A stretch of 64,000 nucleotides of DNA, from positions 46,715 to 110,714 of the forward strand of contig JBJKVF010000001.1 in the NCBI GenBank assembly GCA_045562755.1, in the 5' to 3' direction. Position 1 is the first letter of the stretch; each line of letters starts with the position of its first letter. The position numbers and the translations under genes are program-made. The DNA is from Dehalococcoidia bacterium (GTDB lineage: Bacteria > Chloroflexota > Dehalococcoidia > Lucifugimonadales > Lucifugimonadaceae). The notes under the pieces are model-generated. The model saw only the letters and a list, made by a program, of their open reading frames with translations. It did not search any database and was not told the origin of the DNA. Below are positions 9,297-19,364 of this stretch, piece after piece.

Positions 9297-11909
9297 ATGA
9301 AATCAATAGATTTAACTAAAATAAGTAAGTTTTTTGATGTTAATAATCGAGAAAATTATTGGCGTGAACAATGGAAAAAACTTAATGTACACTCTAGAAA
9401 AATAAATAATGAAAGGAGAGGTAATTTTGTTATTGATTCTCCTCCTCCAACAGTAAGCGGATCTCTTCATATTGGGCATATTTTTTCATATACTCATCAA
9501 GATCTTATAGCAAGATATAAAAGAATGAGGGGATACAATGTTGTGTATCCTATGGGCTGGGATGATAATGGATTGCCAACTGAAAGAAGAGTCCAAAATT
9601 ATTTTGGTGTAAGAGCTGAACCTAACATCCCATATATTAAAAATTTAGATGTTGAAAAAGAGAAAGAGAAGTTGGGTATAAATAAAAAACATCAACTTAT
9701 TATTAGCAGGCAAAATTTTATAGAAATGTGCTCCTTAGTGACTAAGGAAGATGAAAAAGCATTTAAGGAAGTATTTGAAAGGATGGGATATTCCATTGAC
9801 TGGCGAGATTTATACACAACTATTGATAAAAAAAGTAGACGAATTGCTCAAAGAAGCTTCTTAGATTTATTCCAAAAAGAACATATTTATCAAGTTGAAT
9901 CGCCAACTATGTGGGATGTAGATTATCAAACGGCTGTTGCTCAAGCTGAAGTTGAAGACAGAGAAAAGACTGGAGCTTATCATGATATTGAATTTATTGT
10001 CGATCAAATAAGTCATGAACGTTTTATCATATCTACCACTCGGCCAGAATTACTAGCTGCTTGTGTCGGAGTCACAGCACATCCAGATGATCAAAGGTAT
10101 AAACACTTATTCGGAAAAAGTGCGATAACTCCTGGTTTTTTTTCTAAAGTACCTATTTTTTCTAGTACTGAGGTAGATCCTGATAAAGGAACTGGGATTT
10201 TAATGGTTTGTACATTTGGTGATCAAACAGATGTTCAATGGTGGAAAGATCATTCATTGAAGCTTAGACAAATAATAGGAAAAAACGGTAGGATTATTGA
10301 TAGAGAATTTGGAACAAAGGGATGGGAATCTGAGAATCCTAGTCTTGCTAATAAAAATTATAATTTGATTATTGGTAAACGAACTCCTAGTGTAAAAAAA
10401 ATAATGGTTGAAATTTTGTCTGATAAACAGAACTCAGTTTTAGGAGATAAAATACCACTTATTGAAATCCCTAGACAAATAAATCATCAAGTTAGATACT
10501 ATGAAAAAGGCGATAATCCTTTGGAGTACTTAACAACCAGACAATGGTTTGTAAGATTATTAGATAAAAAAAATGATTTAATTAATTCTGGGAAAAGTAT
10601 TACATGGCACCCAAGCTTTATGTATAAAAGATTTGAAAATTGGACAAATAATCTTAACTCAGATTGGTGTATATCAAGACAAAGATACTTTGGGGTTCCA
10701 ATTCCAGTTTGGTATCCTTTAGATGATAAAAAAAATCCAAATTATAAAAAACCAATTTTACCTAATGAAGATGAATTACCAATTGACCCGCAAATAAGTG
10801 TTCCATCTGGATATATTGAATCTCAAAGGAATATGCCCGGAGGCTTTATAGCTGAAATTGATGTTTTTGATACTTGGTTTACTTCTTCATTGTCTCCTCA
10901 GATTGTTACAAAATGGGGCGACAATGATGATGAAACTAAAGATTTATTTCCAATGGATATCAGGCCTCAAAGTCATGAAATAATTAGAACATGGGCTTTT
11001 TATACTATTGTAAAAGCATTATTACACAACTCTACTATACCTTGGAAAAATATAGTTATTTCAGGTTGGGTATTAGATCCAGATAGAAAAAAAATGTCGA
11101 AATCAAAAGGTAACGTGGTTACACCAATAGAATCTATAAATAGGTTTGGCTCCGATTCAGTAAGATACTGGGCGGCATCTTTTAGATTGGGTGCTGATGC
11201 TACAAACGATGAATCAATTTTTAAGGTAGGATCAAAATTGGTTAATAAAATATTTAACGCATCAAAATTTGTTTTATCTCATTCCACCGAAGAACAAAAA
11301 ATTACAAATGAACTTGATAAGTCTTTTTTACTTGAATTAAATAAAACGTATGAAATTGCAACAAAAGCATATGAAGATTTTGAGTTTTCAATTGCCCTTC
11401 AAGAAATAGAGAAGTTTTTTTGGAATTCATTTACTGACAACTATATAGAGATAGTTAAATTACGCGCAAGAAACACAGATGATGAATTAGAGCAATCTTC
11501 AGCAGTTCTAACATTAAGAATTACTCTTAATATTATTTTAAGGATGTTCTCTCCTTTTTTACCAACCATTACAGATGAGGTGTGGAGTTGGGCTTTTGCG
11601 GAAGAAACTGATGTAGAGTCTGTCCATCTATACCACTGGCCTGAATCAAAAGAGATAGAAAAATACACTGATTCAAAAATTTATGACCTTTTTCCTATCG
11701 CTTGTAAGATCATTGGATTAGTTAGAAAAGTTAAATCTGAAAAAGGGTTAAGTTTAAATTCTCCTCTTGATAAACTAATAATTATTACCAGCTCAAATAA
11801 TATAAAAAAAATAGATTTATTTTTAGAAGACTTAAAAAATTGTTCTGGCGCCAAAGATATAGAATTTCAATACGAAGATAATGAAAATATTGAGATTAAA
11901 ATAATTTAA
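9297..11909 (+). CDS. valS: Valine--tRNA ligase
   Basis: HIGH motif PPPTVSGSLHIGH and KMSKS motif KMSKSKGN. The CP1 editing region includes TGILMVCTFGDQTD. Length 870 aa. Confidence 0.92.
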   Translation: MKSIDLTKISKFFDVNNRENYWREQWKKLNVHSRKINNERRGNFVIDSPPPTVSGSLHIGHIFSYTHQDLIARYKRMRGYNVVYPMGWDDNGLPTERRVQNYFGVRAEPNIPYIKNLDVEKEKEKLGINKKHQLIISRQNFIEMCSLVTKEDEKAFKEVFERMGYSIDWRDLYTTIDKKSRRIAQRSFLDLFQKEHIYQVESPTMWDVDYQTAVAQAEVEDREKTGAYHDIEFIVDQISHERFIISTTRPELLAACVGVTAHPDDQRYKHLFGKSAITPGFFSKVPIFSSTEVDPDKGTGILMVCTFGDQTDVQWWKDHSLKLRQIIGKNGRIIDREFGTKGWESENPSLANKNYNLIIGKRTPSVKKIMVEILSDKQNSVLGDKIPLIEIPRQINHQVRYYEKGDNPLEYLTTRQWFVRLLDKKNDLINSGKSITWHPSFMYKRFENWTNNLNSDWCISRQRYFGVPIPVWYPLDDKKNPNYKKPILPNEDELPIDPQISVPSGYIESQRNMPGGFIAEIDVFDTWFTSSLSPQIVTKWGDNDDETKDLFPMDIRPQSHEIIRTWAFYTIVKALLHNSTIPWKNIVISGWVLDPDRKKMSKSKGNVVTPIESINRFGSDSVRYWAASFRLGADATNDESIFKVGSKLVNKIFNASKFVLSHSTEEQKITNELDKSFLLELNKTYEIATKAYEDFEFSIALQEIEKFFWNSFTDNYIEIVKLRARNTDDELEQSSAVLTLRITLNIILRMFSPFLPTITDEVWSWAFAEETDVESVHLYHWPESKEIEKYTDSKIYDLFPIACKIIGLVRKVKSEKGLSLNSPLDKLIIITSSNNIKKIDLFLEDLKNCSGAKDIEFQYEDNENIEIKII

Positions 11910-12598
11910 ATATTAGATTTTTTCCAGTTTTCCCAATCACTATCGGAAATTGATTTGGAAAAATATTTATGTAATTTTTTCTCTTTTTTTCTTACTTCTT
12001 TACACATTTTAATTACATCGTTTATTATATTTATCTCAATTCTGGTTATTCCATCAAAATCACAAACTAAAATATCTCCTTGATTAATTTTTAGATTGGC
12101 TATTTCGACTGTTGTTCCATGTTCAATCATTTGAAATGGGCCATGTCCTGGTACGTGTCCAGTAGCCCATAAGGGTAACTTAGCATCTTTTATACCATTA
12201 ATATCTCTCGCGTTTCCTCCTACAACAACTCCAACACTACCCAAGGACTTCATCTGATATGCCATGCCATCTCCCATAATAGCTCCTCTGTTTGGTAAAG
12301 ATTCAACATCAGAAAGAACAGGAATAACTGGGATTTTCATCTTATAAATATTATCAAAAAAATCTAACTTATTATCAATTATATTTTCTTTTTCAAACAA
12401 TGGTGTCCATTTTGATGTTAAGGCATATCCAACAATTGTTTTAGGGGAATCAACATACTGGTTAAGACCCGGGCCAGTATAATCATTAGAGTGATTAGAG
12501 TATCCCTTAACAAGAATAGCTGCATTTTGTACAGTAGCAGAATCAAACGTAGAAAGTTCGTTTAAGACTGAATCATCTACAGGCTTTGAATTAATCAT
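11906..12598 (-). CDS. RraA-family protein (4-hydroxy-4-methyl-2-oxoglutarate aldolase/oxaloacetate decarboxylase-like)
   Basis: RGAIMGDGMAYQMKSLGSVGVVVGGNARD and GDILVCDFDGI match the RraA-like pattern (fGg.ma..a...G..G.vvdG.vRD ... GD.vvaD.dGv). Confidence 0.7.
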   Translation of the reverse strand: MINSKPVDDSVLNELSTFDSATVQNAAILVKGYSNHSNDYTGPGLNQYVDSPKTIVGYALTSKWTPLFEKENIIDNKLDFFDNIYKMKIPVIPVLSDVESLPNRGAIMGDGMAYQMKSLGSVGVVVGGNARDINGIKDAKLPLWATGHVPGHGPFQMIEHGTTVEIANLKINQGDILVCDFDGITRIEINIINDVIKMCKEVRKKEKKLHKYFSKSISDSDWENWKKSNI

Positions 12599-12866
12599 CT
12601 GATCTAGAAACTATCTCAGCTTCTAATTCCAATAATTCACCTGGGTAGAATTCTTTCCAGGGCTCAAACTGTTCAACAAATGTTCTGCCTTCTTCAAGAC
12701 TTTGTAATCCCTTTATAGCTCTACCAGGATCATACCCTGTTGTTTTAGCTAATGCTTCAATACCTCTTTTAGTTTCTCTAACCCCTCCAACAGAAAAAGT
12801 CTCATTTTCTTCATTTTCAACTATTAGATCAAAACCTTTTTTCTTTTCTTTCCAATATAATTTCAT
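12591..12866 (-). CDS. Hypothetical 91-aa protein, translationally coupled on both sides
   Basis: An ATGA overlap with the coaBC stop (12863-12866) and an ATGATTAA overlap with the downstream RraA-like start (12591-12598). No recognisable motif. Confidence 0.5.
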   Translation of the reverse strand: MKLYWKEKKKGFDLIVENEENETFSVGGVRETKRGIEALAKTTGYDPGRAIKGLQSLEEGRTFVEQFEPWKEFYPGELLELEAEIVSRSDD

Positions 12867-14095
12867 TTCTCTCCATTTTTAAGTTTTTTTATTTTATCCA
12901 AAATTTTGTTAGCCAATTTAAGTTTATGCATTAATGGTAAATTGATTTTAGCTCCATATTTATCAATAATTGTAACCTTATTAGTATCATAAAAGAAGCC
13001 ACTATTTTTTTCAACTATATTATTTGCAACTATAAAATCTGCATTTTTACTATGAAGCTTATGTTCTGCATTTTCCTCTAAATTTTCACTTTCTGCTGCG
13101 AAAAATATTTTAATTAGATTATCTTTTAGTTTATGAGAAAAATCACTCACCGGTTTTAGAGTCATGTTTATTAAAGTCTCATCTTTTTTCTTTATTTTGT
13201 TTTTAGAAATTTTTTCAGGGATAAAATCTGATATTGCTGCAGCCATAATTAATATATCAGCATCTTTTGTTGCAGATATTATTGCATTTTCCATTGATTT
13301 AACAGTTTCTACATTTATAGTTTCTGCACCTTCAGGTGAACTTATATTGGATGCTGTAATCAAAACTACTTTAGCCCCTCTATCAATAGCAGCTTCAGCA
13401 ATGAAATGCCCCATTTTCCCAGAAGATTTATTTGTAATATATCTTACAGGGTCTATAGGCTGTTTTGTACCTCCTGCAGTAATCACAATTTTTTTCCCAG
13501 AAAAATCTTTATTCTTACCAAGTATTTTTCTTGTAACACTAATTATTTTTTTTGATTCTGATAAACGTCCTTTACCAAATAATCCAGATGCTAATCTGCC
13601 TGTTTCGGGCCCAATAATTTCAAATTGTTTTTCCTTTAAAATATTTATATTATTTTGAGTTTGAAAAGAATCAAACATATCACCATCCATTGCTGGTGAT
13701 ATGATTACAGGAGCAGAAGTCGCTAGAACGGTGTTGGTTATTGGTGAGTCAGTAACTCCCATTGCCAATTTTGCAATTGTATTTGCTGTTGCAGGTGCAA
13801 TCAATATAATATCTGCTTCATGAGCTAGGGATACATGATCAATGTTCATATTAGTATTGTTGTCCCAAAGTCCCAAAATAACCTTATTATGAGTAATTGC
13901 TTCAAAAGTTGCTTTTCCAACAAATTTTTGAGCTGAGTTTGATAATATAACACTTACATTTGCACCTTCTTGAACCAATTTGCTAGCAATATCAGCAGAT
14001 TTATAAGCTGATATTGATCCGCAAACACCAAGTACAACATTCTTATTTTCTAAGACCAAGGGTTTAAGCTCAAAATTATTATTTTTATCATTCAT
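12863..14095 (-). CDS. coaBC: Bifunctional phosphopantothenoylcysteine decarboxylase / phosphopantothenate-cysteine ligase
   Basis: Flavoprotein N-domain (GVCGSISAYK). CoaB motif ITAGGTKQPIDPVRYITNKSSGKMG. Length 410 aa. Confidence 0.9.
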   Translation of the reverse strand: MNDKNNNFELKPLVLENKNVVLGVCGSISAYKSADIASKLVQEGANVSVILSNSAQKFVGKATFEAITHNKVILGLWDNNTNMNIDHVSLAHEADIILIAPATANTIAKLAMGVTDSPITNTVLATSAPVIISPAMDGDMFDSFQTQNNINILKEKQFEIIGPETGRLASGLFGKGRLSESKKIISVTRKILGKNKDFSGKKIVITAGGTKQPIDPVRYITNKSSGKMGHFIAEAAIDRGAKVVLITASNISSPEGAETINVETVKSMENAIISATKDADILIMAAAISDFIPEKISKNKIKKKDETLINMTLKPVSDFSHKLKDNLIKIFFAAESENLEENAEHKLHSKNADFIVANNIVEKNSGFFYDTNKVTIIDKYGAKINLPLMHKLKLANKILDKIKKLKNGEK

Positions 14096-14102
14096 GATTA
14101 TT

Positions 14103-14891
14103 TTATTTATTTAATTCATATAATTTTTTGAGACCAATAAGAGTTAAGTTTTTATCAACAAAATCAAAAGAATCAGTTATAGGAGCTATTAAATCACATA
14201 ACCCACCTGTGGCTACAACTTTAATTATTTCCTGATTAGTTTTTATTTCTCTCTTAAATCTTAGTATCATCCCACTTATAAGATCTGAGAATCCGAACAT
14301 AAATCCAGATTGAAGAGAATGAACAGTATTTTTACCAATTACCTTAGGTGGAGATTTAAGTTCAAATTTTCTTAGTTGTGAAGTATTTGAAATCATTGAT
14401 TCAGAAGAGATTTCTAAGCCGGGGGCTATTGCTCCACCCACATAATTTCCATCAGCATCAATTGCATCAAAAACCGTAGCTGTTCCTATATCTACAATGA
14501 TTAGAGGACGGCCATAGATTAGCCCCCCCGCTACAGCATCAACAATTCTATCAGCTCCTACATCATTAATTCTGTCATAATTTATTTTAATTCCAGTTTT
14601 GACCCCAGGAGAAATATTAAGAAAATTTTTATCTTCAATACTGGTAATATTTTTTAGAGAATGAATATAAGATTCCGTTATTGTTGGCACAACTGAGCAC
14701 ATAGATATTCCATATATTTTGTCTATTTGAATTTCATTGTCAATAATCATACCTTTTAAAATGAAATTTAATTCATCTATGGTATGTTTATTTTTTGAAC
14801 CTATTCTAAAAGTCTTAATTAGATTATCATTTTCAAATGCACCAATTGTTGTATTAGTATTGCCTATGTCAACTGTAAGTAAAATTCCCAT
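14103..14891 (-). CDS. coaX: Type III pantothenate kinase
   Basis: Motifs LLTVDIGNTNT, VGADR and VDIGTATVFD (ASKHA-fold CoaX motifs). Length 262 aa. Confidence 0.88.
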   Translation of the reverse strand: MGILLTVDIGNTNTTIGAFENDNLIKTFRIGSKNKHTIDELNFILKGMIIDNEIQIDKIYGISMCSVVPTITESYIHSLKNITSIEDKNFLNISPGVKTGIKINYDRINDVGADRIVDAVAGGLIYGRPLIIVDIGTATVFDAIDADGNYVGGAIAPGLEISSESMISNTSQLRKFELKSPPKVIGKNTVHSLQSGFMFGFSDLISGMILRFKREIKTNQEIIKVVATGGLCDLIAPITDSFDFVDKNLTLIGLKKLYELNK

Positions 14892-14923
14892 ATTATTATT
14901 ATACTAGTAAGTTTATAAAATGT

Positions 14924-15826
14924 TTACTGAAAAAATTTTTTATGAAATAGTCCCAATCTTTCAATGATGTCCGTAGTTTTTACTGCTGTTTCTCCTATTT
15001 CTTTTTTTGCTATATTTGCAGCAAATCCTTGAATATACACTCCCAAGCATGATTTATAAAATAAATTATTTTCGTGTGTAATGTTAGCTCTATCTGATGC
15101 AATCAAGCCTGATATTAGTCCAGTTAGCATATCTCCTGTACCTGCTTTAGCCATTGCTGAGTTTACATAAGGTGATATTTGTACTAGGCCGTTTGGTGAA
15201 GCTATAACAGTATTTGCTCCTTTTAGAACTATAATGCTATTTAATTTTTTAGCGTAGGTTTTTGCACATTTTTTTTTGTCAATTAATATTTTGTTTACTG
15301 CAATTTTTCCTAATCTAGACATTTCATCAATATGAGGGGTAAGAATTATTGAATTTTTGTTCTTCTTTTCCCATCCATCTAAATATGCTAGGTTATTTAT
15401 TGCATCTGCATCGATAACAATTGGTGAAAGAGTTTTATTATTTCCCATAATATTTAGAAACTCTTCAAGAAATCTTATTGATTCTTCGGAATTATTCATC
15501 CCTGGTCCTATAGCAAATGAATCTACGAAATTTATAGATTCTAAGAGTATATTTTTTGCTTTAATGTAATCAATTTGATTATTTTTCTTTACAGGGATTT
15601 CAATAAATATTACTTCTGGAATTATTCCTGAAATTTGCTTGTAAACTGGTGAAGGAGTTGCAACATAAACTAACCCACTACCTGACCTTATACAGGCTAA
15701 AGCGGCAATTAATATTGCCCCTACATATTTTTTTGAACCTCCAATAAGTAAAACAGAGCCAAAATCTTTTTTTGAAGAATTTTGATTTCTTGCGGGATAA
15801 ATACTTTTTATAAACTCTATATTCAA
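14924..15826 (-). CDS. nnrD: ADP-dependent NAD(P)H-hydrate dehydratase (dehydratase domain only)
   Basis: Motif KKDFGSVLLIGGS near the N-terminus and the carbohydrate-kinase C-terminal motif AKAGTGDMLTGLI. No N-terminal epimerase domain. Confidence 0.8.
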   Translation of the reverse strand: MNIEFIKSIYPARNQNSSKKDFGSVLLIGGSKKYVGAILIAALACIRSGSGLVYVATPSPVYKQISGIIPEVIFIEIPVKKNNQIDYIKAKNILLESINFVDSFAIGPGMNNSEESIRFLEEFLNIMGNNKTLSPIVIDADAINNLAYLDGWEKKNKNSIILTPHIDEMSRLGKIAVNKILIDKKKCAKTYAKKLNSIIVLKGANTVIASPNGLVQISPYVNSAMAKAGTGDMLTGLISGLIASDRANITHENNLFYKSCLGVYIQGFAANIAKKEIGETAVKTTDIIERLGLFHKKFFQ

Positions 15827-15837
15827 TCTATTTTCAA

Positions 15838-16227
15838 CTATGTACTAGGTTGCCAATAATTTTCTTTTGCTTCACCAACTGCTGATGCTATAGCATATTT
15901 TTTAGAATGAGAAAGACTTAATGCAATTCTTGTTATACCCATTTTTTTCGCTCGTGTGATCGCTTTTTCATGAAGTATTATTTCTGGAGGCGATCCTCTT
16001 TTTCTGCTTACTTCTATAGATTTCCATGGTATTCCTCTAACTCCGGTTCCTAACAATTTCATTACAGCTTCTTTAGCTGCAAATCGACTTGCCAGCTGTT
16101 TTGATCTTTTATTGCAATAGATTTGTTCTTTTTTTGTGAAAATTTTGTTTAGAAATCTTTCCTGATATTGATTTAGGACATGTTGAATTCTTTCAATCTC
16201 AATCATATCTATTCCTGTGTAAATCAT
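15838..16227 (-). CDS. acpS: Holo-[acyl-carrier-protein] synthase
   Basis: Motifs GIDMIEIERI and FAAKEAVMK. ATG 16227 is preceded by AAGGAA at good spacing, whereas the longer ORF start at 16248 is a TTG. Confidence 0.85.
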   Translation of the reverse strand: MIYTGIDMIEIERIQHVLNQYQERFLNKIFTKKEQIYCNKRSKQLASRFAAKEAVMKLLGTGVRGIPWKSIEVSRKRGSPPEIILHEKAITRAKKMGITRIALSLSHSKKYAIASAVGEAKENYWQPST

Positions 16228-16320
16228 TATTATTCCTTTTTTATGCAAAAATAAAATTCTAAAAAATAAAAAAAATATGTAAACTAATTATTATAGAATT
16301 ATACATTTTTTAGAATTTGA

Positions 16321-17214
16321 ATGAATAAAAAAATTATTGATGGAAAAAAAATAGCTCTTAAGGCCACTAGTGAAATCAAAGACAAAATAGTAATCATGTC
16401 GAAAGATAAAAACCTAGTGCCAGGTTTAGCGGTTATACTTATTGGAGAAAATCCAGCTTCAATTTCTTATGTAAAAGGTAAAGAAAAGGCTTGCAAAGAT
16501 GTAGGCATATTTACTAAAACATATAAACTATCTGACAGATCTAACAATGATGTAGTATCAAAACTTATTTTATCTCTCAATAAAGATAATAGATTTCACG
16601 GCATTTTAATACAATTACCTTTACCAAAACATCTGGATAGTGATAAATTAATAAATCTTATTGATCCTAAAAAAGATGTTGATGGTTTGACTAGTGAAAA
16701 TGCTGGATTATTATTACTTGGAAAACCTAGATTTGTTCCTGCTACTCCCTTAGGTGTGCAGAAACTAATGCTTGAGGAAAATATAGAGATAAAAGGTTCA
16801 AAAATACTAATTATTGGTAGGAGTAATCTAGTAGGGTTGCCATTATCATTATTATTACTTGGTAAAGGAGAAGGTGGAAATGCTACAGTTACTGTTGCGC
16901 ATACTGAAACAAAAAATTTAGAACAATTATCTCTTAGTGCAGATATAGTTATTGTAGCATCGGGACAGCCTAATACTCTTTCTGGAAATATGGTCAAGGA
17001 AAATTCAATAATTATAGATGTTGGTGTAAGTAGATTAGCTGACCAAACTAAAAAAACAGGCTATAGGCTTATTGGAGATGTAAATTTCGATGAAGTTATT
17101 AATGTTGCTTCAAAAATTACTCCAGTTCCTGGAGGTGTTGGCCCCATGACTATAGCTATGTTACTACACAATGTATATTTAGCAGCTACTTTTAGTATCA
17201 AGGGGCCTTATTAG
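16321..17214 (+). CDS. folD: Bifunctional methylenetetrahydrofolate dehydrogenase/cyclohydrolase
   Basis: Motifs SYVKGKEKAC, ILIQLPLP, IIGRSNLVGLPL and TPVPGGVGPMT. Confidence 0.92.
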   Translation: MNKKIIDGKKIALKATSEIKDKIVIMSKDKNLVPGLAVILIGENPASISYVKGKEKACKDVGIFTKTYKLSDRSNNDVVSKLILSLNKDNRFHGILIQLPLPKHLDSDKLINLIDPKKDVDGLTSENAGLLLLGKPRFVPATPLGVQKLMLEENIEIKGSKILIIGRSNLVGLPLSLLLLGKGEGGNATVTVAHTETKNLEQLSLSADIVIVASGQPNTLSGNMVKENSIIIDVGVSRLADQTKKTGYRLIGDVNFDEVINVASKITPVPGGVGPMTIAMLLHNVYLAATFSIKGPY

Positions 17215-17286
17215 AACTACTTTTTTATTTTTTTTGAGATAAAATTGAGATAAAATAAAAAACAAATAAATCACTAATTAATTTGT

Positions 17287-18348
17287 ATGACAAGTAAACA
17301 AAAAATAGAAAAAAATAAATCTTTACAATCTAACGGTTCTGGTAAAAATACCAATAAAACTAACTTATCTGCTTCAAAATTAAGTTTTTCTAATAAAAAT
17401 GAATATTTGGATTTATTTAGGAAAATGTATCTTATTCGACAATTTGAAAATGCATGTGGCCAAAATTATGCTAATGGTAACATTAGAGGATTTTTACACT
17501 TGTATTCTGGTCAAGAAGCCACTGGAGTTGGTGCGATATCTTCACTTCAAGACTCAGATTATATTGTTACTCATTACAGAGACCATGGTCATGCTTTAGC
17601 CAGAGGCTTAGATGTTAATCGTTCAATGGCTGAGCTATTTGGGAAAAAAACCGGCTTATCTAAGGGTAAGGGCGGATCTATGCATTTATTCGATGCGAGT
17701 AAAAAATTTATGGGTGGACATGCTATTGTCGCTGGACAGTTGCCATTAGCTGCAGGGTTAGCCTTGTCTCAGCAATACGAAAATAAAAATGCTATTACGA
17801 CTTGCTTTTTTGGTGACGGATCTACTAATCAAGGTATATATCATGAAACTCTCAACTTAGCATCCGTTTGGAATCTTCCGATACTATTTTTTCTTGAAAA
17901 TAATATGTATGGAATGGGTTCCTCAATTGAAAGAGTAAGAGCAGGTGGATTAGATTTTTTCCCTGCTATGAATACTTATGAAATACCATCTATGGAAGTT
18001 GATGGTATGGATGTTATTGCTGTCAAAGAAGCAACAGAAATCGCAAGAGAAAAAATTATACAAAATAAAGAACCTTTTTTTATTGAGTCTAAAACTTTTA
18101 GATTCGTTGGACACTCATATGCAGATGGTCAAAAGTACAGACAACAAGATGAGGTTAAGCAATGGGAGCAAAAAGATCCAATTCTTGTTTATCCAAAAAA
18201 ATTAATTGATATGAAAATTTCGACTGATGACGAAATAAAAAACATTAAAATGGAAGTTGATGAGGTCATTAGTGATGCAGTAAAATTTGCTAATGAAAGT
18301 GAAGAACCTAATTTAGATGAAGTTTATGATGATATATTAGCTGAGTAA
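17287..18348 (+). CDS. pdhA: Pyruvate (2-oxoacid) dehydrogenase E1 alpha subunit
   Basis: Motifs HLYSGQEA and YRDHGH, plus the TPP motif FFGDGSTNQG...LENNMYGM. A low-complexity Ser/Asn/Lys-rich N-terminal extension is present. Confidence 0.88.
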   Translation: MTSKQKIEKNKSLQSNGSGKNTNKTNLSASKLSFSNKNEYLDLFRKMYLIRQFENACGQNYANGNIRGFLHLYSGQEATGVGAISSLQDSDYIVTHYRDHGHALARGLDVNRSMAELFGKKTGLSKGKGGSMHLFDASKKFMGGHAIVAGQLPLAAGLALSQQYENKNAITTCFFGDGSTNQGIYHETLNLASVWNLPILFFLENNMYGMGSSIERVRAGGLDFFPAMNTYEIPSMEVDGMDVIAVKEATEIAREKIIQNKEPFFIESKTFRFVGHSYADGQKYRQQDEVKQWEQKDPILVYPKKLIDMKISTDDEIKNIKMEVDEVISDAVKFANESEEPNLDEVYDDILAE

Positions 18349-18353
18349 AAACT

Positions 18354-19331
18354 ATGCCTGAAATAACTATTAGAGAAGCACTGAAAACCGCCCTTAATGA
18401 GGCTATGGAAAATGATGAAAAAGTTTTTATTATGGGTGAAGATATTGGCGAGTATGGAGGAGCCTATGCAGTTACAGATGGATTCTTAAAAAAATTTGGT
18501 CCTAAAAGAATTAAAGATACTCCTATTTCGGAACAGGCTTTTGTTGGAGCTGGAATTGGTGCTGCAGCAGGAGGCCTCAGGCCTGTAATTGAATTAATGT
18601 CAATTTCATTTTCACTTGTTGCTTTTGATCAAATAGTAAATATGGCAGGTAATTTACGATATATGTCTGGAGGGCAAATAAGTTTACCTATGGTCATAAG
18701 AGCTCCTACAGGAGCTGGAGTTCAGTTAGCAGCTACACATTCACAAAGTTTTGAAACATGGCTAGCTGAAGTCCCTGGAATAAAAGTAGTTTGCCCGTCA
18801 AACTCCTACGACGCTCTAGGTTTGATGAGGAGTGCAATTAAGGATAATAATCCTGTTGTTTTTGCTGAACCCGCTCTTCTTTATGGGAGTAAGTCGAGCG
18901 TACCTGATGAATATTTCGAAGTAAGCCTTGGAGATGCTAATGTTTTCCAAAAAGGTGAGGATATAACAATAGTTTCATATGGATATGGCTCTAAAGTTTT
19001 GTCAGATTCAGCAAGTAAGCTAAAAGCAATTGGTATAAACCCTGAATTGATCGACCTAAGATCTCTTAATCCCATTGATTATGAAAAAATCATTCTCTCA
19101 ATCCAGAAAACTAATAGATTAGTTTTAGTAGATACAGCTAGAAAAACTGGTGGAATTATGTCGGAAATTTCAGCAAATATTAATGAAAAAGCCGGCGAAT
19201 GGTTAGATGGTCCTATAGTTAGGGTAGGTTCAAAAGATGTTCCTTGGCCTTATAATAAAAACTTAGAACAAGAAGTATTAACCGATTCAGATAATATATT
19301 ACAAGCGATTAAAATAAATTATGGTATTTAA
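18354..19331 (+). CDS. pdhB: Pyruvate (2-oxoacid) dehydrogenase E1 beta subunit
   Basis: Motifs MGEDIGEYGGAY, DTPISEQAF and THSQSFE. Length 325 aa. Confidence 0.9.
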   Translation: MPEITIREALKTALNEAMENDEKVFIMGEDIGEYGGAYAVTDGFLKKFGPKRIKDTPISEQAFVGAGIGAAAGGLRPVIELMSISFSLVAFDQIVNMAGNLRYMSGGQISLPMVIRAPTGAGVQLAATHSQSFETWLAEVPGIKVVCPSNSYDALGLMRSAIKDNNPVVFAEPALLYGSKSSVPDEYFEVSLGDANVFQKGEDITIVSYGYGSKVLSDSASKLKAIGINPELIDLRSLNPIDYEKIILSIQKTNRLVLVDTARKTGGIMSEISANINEKAGEWLDGPIVRVGSKDVPWPYNKNLEQEVLTDSDNILQAIKINYGI

Positions 19332-19364
19332 AGGGATAAATTTTTATTTTTTAGGAGGAAAAAT

